Assembly: GCF_000018105.1 (NCBI RefSeq)
Contig: NC_009925.1
Span: 2,610,001 to 2,642,000 of the forward strand
Source: Acaryochloris marina MBIC11017
GTDB taxonomy: Bacteria; Cyanobacteriota; Cyanobacteriia; Thermosynechococcales; Thermosynechococcaceae
Reading direction: 5' to 3'
DNA length: 32,000 bases
Positions 25,022 to 32,000 of this stretch are shown in pieces. The notes under the pieces were generated by a model that had not been told where the DNA came from, made no database searches, and saw only the letters and a list, made by a program, of their open reading frames with translations. Position 1 is the first letter of the stretch, and each line of letters begins with the position of its first letter. Position numbers and translations under genes: made by a program.

Positions 25022-26014
25022 TTATGGAGTTGTGAGGCTCAGGCTCCAGCGGTGACATGTCGTCATCAAAATCAGCTTAATTAAATGTGGATAGGTCAGT
25101 TTTTGGGCTTGGGCGATTTGGGCAAGCGATCGCAAAGGATGTAACGTCGCATCGGCATTCACATCCACCAAATAGGCTTGCCCCCGGCCTAACCGAAAAT
25201 CGAAGGTTGCATAATCCAAAGGCTGCAGCAGATTCATCAACTTTAAAGCTGCACTCCGCAGAGGCTGTAAGTCTGAATCGGCTAGATCAACATTGACTTT
25301 CTGAAACCCTCCCTGACGCTTCGCTTGCAGATCCAACACTTGCTCCTGCAATGCCTGACCTGAAGTCGTCAAAGTTTCCACAGCTCCCAGCAAACTCGGT
25401 TCGAGATTGCCAACCACCCCAACCGTAATTTCTCGCCCCGCAATCAACGGTTCACAAAGTACTGCGGTTTGAAACTGGGATTGAAGTTGCTGCACCTGTT
25501 TCTGCAATACCGCTAACCCATCTTGGGTCTCGAACCTTTGAAGTCCTAAAGAATAACCTTCACAGGTGGGTTTCAGTAGCGATACGGGCCAAGGGGGTAA
25601 TTCTGTAATCGACTCTTCCAAACCAAAGCGACGCCAAGGTGGCGTGGCAATGCCGCACCATTCCAGAACCGGTTTGAGCCAGTCTTTATTTAAGGTCAAA
25701 CTTTTAGTGGCCGCATCGCCACCGGTATAGGGAATGCCTAGGTGTTCTAACAACGCAGGAGCGAGAGCCGTACGATTGCGGGATAGAGCACCTACGGATA
25801 AATTCCACACTAGATCAGGCAGGTCTTGCTGCTGCCAGCGGTGAAGCAAACTCTCCAGGGACCCAATAGCATCAACGGTATGGCCCAAATCCGTGAGGGC
25901 ATGGGTCACCGCAACCACTTCTTCCGGTTCGCGCCAATGGTAGTGGGTGTTGACTTGGGCCTCTGGTGCAGCCATCAGCTCCGCTTGGGAGTCAAACAGG
26001 AGGCCAATCTTCAT
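25022..26014 (-). CDS. ATP-grasp ligase, D-alanine--D-alanine ligase-like
   Basis: MKIGLLFD...EEVVAVTHALTDLGHTV... forms a Ddl-type N-terminal domain. LLEHLGIPYTGGDAATKSLTLNKDWLKPVLEWCGIATPPW forms the central ATP-grasp entry. The ATG at 26014 forms an ATGA overlap with the stop of the upstream gene. Confidence 0.7.
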   Translation of the reverse strand: MKIGLLFDSQAELMAAPEAQVNTHYHWREPEEVVAVTHALTDLGHTVDAIGSLESLLHRWQQQDLPDLVWNLSVGALSRNRTALAPALLEHLGIPYTGGDAATKSLTLNKDWLKPVLEWCGIATPPWRRFGLEESITELPPWPVSLLKPTCEGYSLGLQRFETQDGLAVLQKQVQQLQSQFQTAVLCEPLIAGREITVGVVGNLEPSLLGAVETLTTSGQALQEQVLDLQAKRQGGFQKVNVDLADSDLQPLRSAALKLMNLLQPLDYATFDFRLGRGQAYLVDVNADATLHPLRSLAQIAQAQKLTYPHLIKLILMTTCHRWSLSLTTP

Positions 26015-27150
26015 GGTGGGAGAGCATCCGGTAGCCACATCGTTTGCGGATCAATCGGCAAAAACAGAATGTCAGGATAATCATTGCCCCGCCGCCGCTG
26101 GTGCCAGCGACCGATCAGCTGTGGTTCAGGACCAGGGGTGAGTCCGACGAGTTCTAGCTTGCCGTGTTCATGGGTGAGGATATAGCGAAATCGCTTAACG
26201 GAGCCATTGCAGCGTTGGCGCAGTCCTTCGACTAGCTTGAGTCCCTCCAGAATTGGCAGTTGAAAATGGAGGGCATGTTTAACCGGGCGCGGATGGAAGA
26301 GATATTGAGGCAGGACGCTGAGGCGATGCAGTCGCTTAAATAAGGTTTCCATCACATCGACGGAACTGTTGACCCCTTGCATCAGGGGAATTTGAGCCGT
26401 AAGCAGACAGCCTGCGTTTCGCAAAACCGCTAGGGCCTGTTCTGCGGCTGGGGTGATTTCGCGAGGGTGATCGAAGTGGCACTGAAAAACAATTTGGAAT
26501 CGCTCTTGATACTGGGCCAACACTTGCAGCAACTCCGGATCAGAAGTAAAGCGGCTGGGAAGAAAGGCGGGTAGTTTGGTGCTGATCCGAATTTGCCAGA
26601 GATGGGGAATCTCGGCCAGGGCTGCCAGCAAATTGGCCAGACGGCGGGTACTGGACACCATTGGGTCGCCCCCGGACATCAGCACATTGTCAATTTCAGG
26701 ATGGGTTTGAATATATGCGATCGCACCCTGCAAATCCTCAATGGTTTCCTTGGTCATCACATCTTTGCTCATTAGGCGGCGACGAAAGCAATAGCGGCAA
26801 TGTCCCGCACAGGCTTGGGTGACAATCAAAACGGCGGTCTGTTCGTACTTATGCTGTAATCCAGGCACCACCGTCGATAAGGTTTCGCCACTGGTATCAA
26901 GAGAGCCGTGGTCATCCTGTTCATAGACCGACGGTAAGAGCAGCTGTCGCAGCGGATCGGTGGGGTCTTGCCAATCAATCAGTTGGGCATAGCCCTCCGG
27001 CACCATAAAGGGAAAATGGGTTTGGGCAGCAGTGATGCGATCGCAGTCTTCCTCTCCCAGAGGTAAGGTCGTTGCCGCCGTTTGCGAAAACTGTAGACTC
27101 GCTTTGAGTTCATCCCGCCAGGCCAGGCGCTTAGGCGTCGATAATGTCAT
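26011..27150 (-). CDS. KamA-family radical SAM aminomutase-like protein
   Basis: The CxxxCxxC cluster motif is VTQACAGHCRYCFRRR, followed by a SAM-binding-like LMSGGDP. The C-terminal LHFQLPILEGLKLVEGLR...HGK aligns by eye with lysine 2,3-aminomutase [19 protein letters not shown]...GGGGK. I chose the ATG at 27150; the start at 27192 is GTG. Confidence 0.8.
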   Translation of the reverse strand: MTLSTPKRLAWRDELKASLQFSQTAATTLPLGEEDCDRITAAQTHFPFMVPEGYAQLIDWQDPTDPLRQLLLPSVYEQDDHGSLDTSGETLSTVVPGLQHKYEQTAVLIVTQACAGHCRYCFRRRLMSKDVMTKETIEDLQGAIAYIQTHPEIDNVLMSGGDPMVSSTRRLANLLAALAEIPHLWQIRISTKLPAFLPSRFTSDPELLQVLAQYQERFQIVFQCHFDHPREITPAAEQALAVLRNAGCLLTAQIPLMQGVNSSVDVMETLFKRLHRLSVLPQYLFHPRPVKHALHFQLPILEGLKLVEGLRQRCNGSVKRFRYILTHEHGKLELVGLTPGPEPQLIGRWHQRRRGNDYPDILFLPIDPQTMWLPDALPP

Positions 27151-27257
27151 CCCCTCACATTCCCCAGATAAATCTTTGAGGATCAGGCACACATCAGATC
27201 CTCGGTTTACAATAATGCCCTAACAACTGATGCCCTAACAACAATGGAGCTGAACGA

Positions 27258-28043
27258 TTGACGGCCTCCTCTTGGCGAACCCCACTACGACTGCTGAAGT
27301 GCCGACTGCGTCAATCCCTCAAAGAGATGCGGCGGGGCTATGGCCCGCAATATGCGCAACAGCAAGCGCCGATAAACTCCTCCAGATTTAACCATCTCTG
27401 GAGCCAATGTCAAACCCCCATTAAGCAACGGTCTTCCGCAAATAACCTCCACCAAAATCGGCTGATCAATATGAGCTTAGCCGCTCAATTCGTAGATGGC
27501 CTGATTCTTCAGCCCCAGCAAATCTTTGGCTTTTGGCGACGCATCCCTCAACCGACGATTCAAAATGGCTTTCGGGCTGGCCCCATGCTGATCCGAGGAC
27601 AACTAACGACGGATGCTGGCGGGGGGCTGTGCCAAATTTCTACCACCTTGTTTGGCGCTTTTCTGGCGGGCAATTTGGAGATTTTAGAACGGTCCAATCA
27701 CAGCGTCGATACCTACGGCGACGATCGCTTTTTTACCTTGGGCCAAGATGCAGCCGTTGTATATGGCTATAAGGATCTGGTCGTTCGCAATCTGCATCCC
27801 GTCCCCCTCCAGCTACGCCTGCAAATTGATCAAGCTCAATTGACAGCCACTGCCAGTCTTTGGGGACCAACCCCCATTTCCGACACTATCTCGCTAAACT
27901 CTGAGGTGATCCAATCGTTGCCTGCTCCCCCAGATGGCATTCCAGGCTGGCGGGTGCGCACCCAACGATGGGTCCAACCCCCTGAATCCCCCAAAATCCT
28001 CACCTACCAAACCGAAGATACCTACCATCCCTACCCCCTATGA
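27258..28043 (+). CDS. VanW-family protein
   Basis: NMSLAAQFVDGLILQPQQIFGFW...AGGGLCQISTTLFGAFLAGNLEILERSNHS...GQDAAVVYGYKDLVVRN matches the VanW core. The start is uncertain: TTG at 27258 or ATG at 27327. Confidence 0.7.
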   Translation: MTASSWRTPLRLLKCRLRQSLKEMRRGYGPQYAQQQAPINSSRFNHLWSQCQTPIKQRSSANNLHQNRLINMSLAAQFVDGLILQPQQIFGFWRRIPQPTIQNGFRAGPMLIRGQLTTDAGGGLCQISTTLFGAFLAGNLEILERSNHSVDTYGDDRFFTLGQDAAVVYGYKDLVVRNLHPVPLQLRLQIDQAQLTATASLWGPTPISDTISLNSEVIQSLPAPPDGIPGWRVRTQRWVQPPESPKILTYQTEDTYHPYPL

Positions 28044-29107
28044 ACCCACTGATTCAGGTTTCTGCCGCTCAGCTTCGCGCCTTTCTCACCGCTGTTTTAG
28101 CGAACTATCCCCTGCAATCCGAGGCTGCTACTGCGATCACCGATCACTTAGTCCAAGCCAATTTATGGGGCATGGATTCCCACGGGTTGCAGCAAATTAT
28201 GGGGTATGACAAAAGTCTGCGGAGCGGTCGGATTAACCCTCAACCCAAGTTACACATCCAAACGGATCGCCCCACGATGATCCGGATCGAAGCCGATCGT
28301 GCGCCTGGACAGTATGCCGGTCAGATAGCCATGCAACAGGCGATTACCAAGGCTCAGGAGATGGGCATGGCAGTGGTGGGGGTCACCAACAGCAACCATT
28401 TTGGCATGGCAGGCTACTATACACGGATGGCCGCCGCTGCTGGGATGATCGGTTTTGCTACCAGCGACACTAATGTCGTGGATTTAGCCCCCTATGGTGG
28501 CAAAGAAGCCCGCCTTGGCAATAACCCTTTTTCCTGGGGCATTCCCAACGGTGATATGCCCATCGTGTTGGATATGGCGGCGGGAACCGTGAGTGGCGGC
28601 AAAATTAAGCATTTCGGCTATCAAGGACTGCCCATCCCACCAGAGTGGGGTTTAACGGCAGCAGGCGAGACCACCTCTGAAGCGCAAGCGGTGGCGGTCA
28701 ATCAAGCCGCTTCGCCCAAAGGAGCGGGGATGGCCCTGGTTGCGGATCTGCTCTGTGGCCCGCTTTTGGGAACGGCAGCAGCTCTATTTAAAACCAAATC
28801 CAGGCATGATCGCATGAACGGTACGGGGCATTTTTTCTGGGTGATGGATCTGGCAGTCTGGTCTGATCCAGAGGAATTTGCAGAGCGGGTGGGGGATGCG
28901 ATCGCAACCCTAAAACAAACCCCACGCCTCGACCCCCAACAGCCCATCTATTTCCCCGGTGAGTTGGAAGTTGTAACAGAGCAGACGCGCATACACCAGG
29001 GAATTCCTGTACCCTATGCTCTAATCCAGGATTTGGCCCGTCACTTCGGCCCTGACTTGGTAAATCAACACCTAACGCCTGATCTGTCTATCTCGATTAA
29101 CGCTTGA
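28040..29107 (+). CDS. Ldh_2-family (malate/L-lactate dehydrogenase type 2) oxidoreductase
   Basis: DHLVQANLWGMDSHGL...GQYAGQIAMQQAITKAQEMGMAVVGVTNSNHFGMAGYY... is typical of the Ldh_2 family. An ATGA overlap joins it to the VanW gene. Confidence 0.8.
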   Translation: MNPLIQVSAAQLRAFLTAVLANYPLQSEAATAITDHLVQANLWGMDSHGLQQIMGYDKSLRSGRINPQPKLHIQTDRPTMIRIEADRAPGQYAGQIAMQQAITKAQEMGMAVVGVTNSNHFGMAGYYTRMAAAAGMIGFATSDTNVVDLAPYGGKEARLGNNPFSWGIPNGDMPIVLDMAAGTVSGGKIKHFGYQGLPIPPEWGLTAAGETTSEAQAVAVNQAASPKGAGMALVADLLCGPLLGTAAALFKTKSRHDRMNGTGHFFWVMDLAVWSDPEEFAERVGDAIATLKQTPRLDPQQPIYFPGELEVVTEQTRIHQGIPVPYALIQDLARHFGPDLVNQHLTPDLSISINA

Positions 29108-30195
29108 ATCCATCCACCCCAACAAGCCAAGGCCGCTTAACAGCGGCAGGTTTTATCGGTCTCTACCTCCACGGCATTGTGGTCGCCATGCCCGGTGCGT
29201 TCCTCCAGCAGTGGACGGATACCTTTGGCACAGGCGTCAATATTGGCCTGTTTTATACCCTCTTTTTAGTCAGCAGCCTAGGGGGATTAATCTGGGTCTC
29301 TCGCCAAAAATATCGCCATCCTGTCTTTGCCTTTGCCTTTGCTGCCATCGGCGTTGCCTTTATCGCCGCCGCTTGTGCCCCTCAGTTTGCCTGGATTGGG
29401 GGTGCTGCCCTTCTGCTGGGTTGGGGAGACGGCATTCTCAACTTTCACTGCAATAACTTGGTGGGAGAGCTACATCCTCGCCGTAAGATCACCGTCTTAA
29501 ATTGGGCGAATGCCACCTTTGGGGTTGGGGCTTTGAGTGCTCCTCTGATCAATGCAGCATTACTGTGGCGCTGGGCCTTTGGCTTAGTGGCAATGGGAGC
29601 CATTTTAGCCATTGCCCTGGCATGGCAAGCACCCCCAGTTCAAAATTTTCAGCCTCGCCATGATCGCGTTCAGTGGAGCATTGCTTGGCCATTTCTGTTG
29701 GTGATATTGATTTACGTCGGTTTGGAAAGTTCGATTGGCACCTGGAGTGGGTCTTACCTCAGCAGTCTGGGCTGGAGTAAGGGATGGCAAAATGCGTTGC
29801 TCTCAGCGTATTGGGGTGGTTTAACTCTGGGTCGCCTAACGTTGGGCATTTGGGTTGGCCCTCGCCCAGTACAACGGTTGCAGATATTGTTTTTGGTGGG
29901 TGTGGGTACCATTGCACTGGCGTTTTTGCCCAGTTTTGGCTTTCTGTTTCCAATTGCGGCAGTTCTCTATGGCCCAACTTTTGCAACTATCTTTGCTCTC
30001 CTGCAAGGGCGCTGTGGTCATGTGGCTTTAGGCTATATGTTCTACGCTGCCTATCTAGGCAAAACCCTATTCCCTACGGTCTTAGATCAAATCCCTGATC
30101 CTATTAACCTACGCTTTGGCTTTCTGAGTCTTGCTCTGCTCCTTTTGCTGAGCAGTCAGTTTTTATCCAGCACATCGGCACAAGAGCATGGTTAA
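29104..30195 (+). CDS. MFS-type transporter
   Basis: 363 aa with about 10-12 predicted TM helices. The TTG start overlaps the stop of the Ldh_2 gene, and the first ATG would delete TM1. Confidence 0.65.
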   Translation: MNPSTPTSQGRLTAAGFIGLYLHGIVVAMPGAFLQQWTDTFGTGVNIGLFYTLFLVSSLGGLIWVSRQKYRHPVFAFAFAAIGVAFIAAACAPQFAWIGGAALLLGWGDGILNFHCNNLVGELHPRRKITVLNWANATFGVGALSAPLINAALLWRWAFGLVAMGAILAIALAWQAPPVQNFQPRHDRVQWSIAWPFLLVILIYVGLESSIGTWSGSYLSSLGWSKGWQNALLSAYWGGLTLGRLTLGIWVGPRPVQRLQILFLVGVGTIALAFLPSFGFLFPIAAVLYGPTFATIFALLQGRCGHVALGYMFYAAYLGKTLFPTVLDQIPDPINLRFGFLSLALLLLLSSQFLSSTSAQEHG

Positions 30196-30224
30196 GTCTC
30201 ATTTCAAACAGCTACACAGAGTCT

Positions 30225-30593
30225 TTATGCTTCGATGATAGTCATGATCGCGATCTCAATTGAAGCCATGATCTCATCAGAGAGATACCCTAACCGACGG
30301 ATCAATCTTTGTTGATCAACACCTCGAAGCTGAAGTGCATCGACGGAGGATAGTTTACTCAACCCATTGTCAGCACTTGGCTCTAGCTTCACATGCCAAA
30401 TGTTCTTGGCAAAATAAGGTTTCCAATCAGTGACGGGGGCAACCAGTTTGATGGGCAGTTTGCCTACGGCGTCAGAGCTAATCACAATCGCAGGGCGGGT
30501 CTTTTTAATCTCTGTACCAAGGGTAGGATCAAAGTTCACTAGCCAGACTTCTCCACGCTTAGGCACTGCGGGATTAGTAGTCAACGACATCAC
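30225..30593 (-). CDS. mazF: PemK/MazF-family toxin (mRNA interferase)
   Basis: PKRGEVWLVNFDPTLGTEIKKTRPAIVISSD is the MazF/PemK N-terminal signature. It overlaps the upstream small ORF by 20 nt. Confidence 0.85.
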   Translation of the reverse strand: MMSLTTNPAVPKRGEVWLVNFDPTLGTEIKKTRPAIVISSDAVGKLPIKLVAPVTDWKPYFAKNIWHVKLEPSADNGLSKLSSVDALQLRGVDQQRLIRRLGYLSDEIMASIEIAIMTIIEA

Positions 30594-30888
30594 CTGCCAT
30601 TAGGTCTTGCCATTCAGAATCTTGCTGATAATGGTCGTATATCATATCTGCCTGTTCTGCCAAGATTCGTCTTCGTTCTGCCAGTGGCTGTTCTAAAAAA
30701 TGGCGTCGCTCTTCTAAGGTGAAAGTCGATGCTTCGGTCATCGATTGTTCAGTCTGGCTAAAGGATGAAGACAAAGCTTCTGTAACGCCTTCATTCTGGA
30801 GGAGTTCTTGGACGAGGACTTGTAAAAGTAAGAGCTTGTCAGTGTGGGACAGTCTTTTGACGGTGGGGATTAGCTTAGTGATAGTCAT
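30574..30888 (-). CDS. Putative cognate antitoxin of the MazF-like toxin
   Basis: A 104-aa acidic protein sits immediately upstream of the toxin gene and overlaps it. The assignment rests on position and size, not on a recognised family. Confidence 0.55.
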   Translation of the reverse strand: MTITKLIPTVKRLSHTDKLLLLQVLVQELLQNEGVTEALSSSFSQTEQSMTEASTFTLEERRHFLEQPLAERRRILAEQADMIYDHYQQDSEWQDLMAGDVVDY

Positions 30889-30898
30889 ATTATTTATC

Positions 30899-31180
30899 TC
30901 ACGCTAGAGATTCAACCTGGCGAATACCAATATCATCTAAAATTTTGACGCCAGTGTAGACCTGGTCCAAAGATAGCCCTTTCTTCATCCCTAGCAATTT
31001 GACGATTCCGTACCGCTCTAGATATTTCGTCTCATACCTCAGAAATAAATCAGCCCCAGCCTGCCGATCTTTAACAAATTCAATTCCTTTCTCAAGCAAC
31101 TTCTCAAGGATAGATGCCCCCACTTTCGCAATGGCACCTTGCGTACCTTTTCCCGCAATTTCCCCAATCGGACCGCTCAT
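30899..31180 (-). pseudogene. 5' fragment of a STAND (NACHT-type) NTPase gene
   Basis: FLRYETKYLERYGIVKLLGMKKGLSLDQVYTGVKILDD resembles the conserved pre-P-loop segment of cyanobacterial NACHT/WD40-type NTPases. The ORF stops at 93 aa, before any P-loop. Confidence 0.45.
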
Positions 31181-31256
31181 TTCACAACCTAGTCTTCAGA
31201 AGCTATTGGCCCTAGCCTAGCAGTCATCACCTAAAAACTTCTTAGACTTGCCTTAA

Positions 31257-31279
31257 AATGTACTGTAATACCGTACATT
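31257..31279 (+). promoter_or_regulatory. Candidate YefM-YoeB operator (inverted repeat with TGTAC/GTACA cores)
   Basis: AATGTAC (31257-31263), a 9-nt spacer and GTACATT (31273-31279) lie 20 bp upstream of the yefM start. As I recall, the E. coli yefM-yoeB operator palindromes centre on TGTACA. Confidence 0.45.
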
Positions 31280-31299
31280 AAATTTTAGCTTGAGTTCCA

Positions 31300-31572
31300 A
31301 TGGACAGTATCAGTGTCAACCAATTCAGAGCAGCGCTCAAAGAATGTGTAGAAAAAGTGATTAGCCAGCACGATCCGCTGAAAGTGACTCGGCGCAATGG
31401 AGCAGACTTTGTAGTGGTCAGCGCTGAGGACTGGGAGCGGGAGCAAGAAACACTGCGTATATTACAAAGTAGTGACTTGATGCAGCAGATTTCTGAGTCT
31501 TTTGCCACTCATCTAAACCAGCAAGGCTACACACCATCCACCGAGGAAATGGATGAGATCTTTAGTCTTTGA
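31300..31572 (+). CDS. yefM: Phd/YefM-family antitoxin
   Basis: ISVNQFRAALKECVEKVISQHDPLKVTRRNGADFVVVSAEDWEREQETLRIL is a YefM-type N-terminal fold. It overlaps the downstream toxin gene by 20 nt. Confidence 0.88.
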   Translation: MDSISVNQFRAALKECVEKVISQHDPLKVTRRNGADFVVVSAEDWEREQETLRILQSSDLMQQISESFATHLNQQGYTPSTEEMDEIFSL

Positions 31573-31825
31573 AGGTAATACCTGGAGCGCCTATGAAAAG
31601 TTGAGAGAGAAAGACAAGAAACTGCATCGGAATCTTTGTAAGATCCTCAAAGAGATGCTGCGAGGAGATCCTAGCTCAGGACTCGGCAAGCCAGAACTTC
31701 TAAAACATAATCTTTCTGGTTTGTGGTCTCGAAGGATATCGCAAAAAGATAGACTCGTCTATCGATTTGATGATAACTACATCTACATCTTCGCCATCGG
31801 TGGTCATTATGACCAAATCACCTAG
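31553..31825 (+). CDS. yoeB: Txe/YoeB-family toxin
   Basis: GLGKPELLKHNLSGLWSRRISQKDRLVYRFDDNYIYIFAIGGHY matches the YoeB signature (GKPEPLKHNLSGFWSRRI...RLVY...HY). Confidence 0.9.
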   Translation: MRSLVFEGNTWSAYEKLREKDKKLHRNLCKILKEMLRGDPSSGLGKPELLKHNLSGLWSRRISQKDRLVYRFDDNYIYIFAIGGHYDQIT

Positions 31826-32000
31826 AGCTAGCACATTCCATAATCGGACTGCCATGTACGATAAAAAACACACTACCAATGGTCTTCTTGATATCGAGAC
31901 ACTCGATCAGCTATCCGTTTCACATCAGATAAATAAAAGCGACTCCAGTTAAAACAGTTGCACTCAATAATCCGCCATTGTCGATCAACCCGCCCCACAT

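Noticed and set aside
27533-28209. Alternative-frame ORFs 27533-27772 and 27934-28209.
   Set aside because: They are embedded in the VanW and Ldh_2 genes, which carry family motifs in their own frames.
31767-32000. The 61-aa ORF at 31767-31952, and a minus-strand open frame running from the window edge (32000) to a stop at about 31920.
   Set aside because: The first overlaps the yoeB 3' end and has no features. The second offers only 26 codons, too little to call, though it may be the 3' end of a gene lying outside the window.
1-32000. A search for CRISPR arrays, tRNA or rRNA genes, and long tandem repeats.
   Set aside because: I saw no regularly spaced direct repeats, no cloverleaf-like or rRNA-like conserved segments, and no tandem arrays. 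The only long repeats are the two IS copies and the 157-bp TPR duplication.

Overview
The window looks like a cyanobacterial chromosome segment, because the HIP1 octamer GCGATCGC recurs in the core genes. 1-9.8 kb holds a devBCA-type ABC exporter operon and an atypical signal-peptidase-I paralogue. It also holds a His-rich periplasmic TPR protein and a DUF4331-like protein, divergent from an ECF sigma / cupin anti-sigma pair. 9.8-13.8 kb is an AT-richer, HIP1-free island that I read as a decayed integron: the 5' third of intI, an attI-like core and two homologous attC-like sites. Its cassettes carry an uncharacterised PD-(D/E)xK protein, an Eco29kI-like GIY-YIG nuclease / C5-methyltransferase R-M pair, and an orphan RHH antitoxin. 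15.2-25 kb is an AT-rich oxylipin locus with a catalase-related haem domain-lipoxygenase fusion and a second lipoxygenase. These are separated by an IS630-like element whose two terminal inverted repeats were each hit by an identical IS701-family copy. 25-30.2 kb is a divergent cluster: a KamA-family radical-SAM aminomutase plus a Ddl-like ATP-grasp ligase, facing VanW, an Ldh_2 oxidoreductase and an MFS transporter. The right end has mazEF-like and yefM-yoeB toxin-antitoxin modules and a truncated STAND-NTPase 5' fragment. I recognised no rRNA, tRNA or CRISPR array. All family assignments come from motif recognition by eye, not from database searches.
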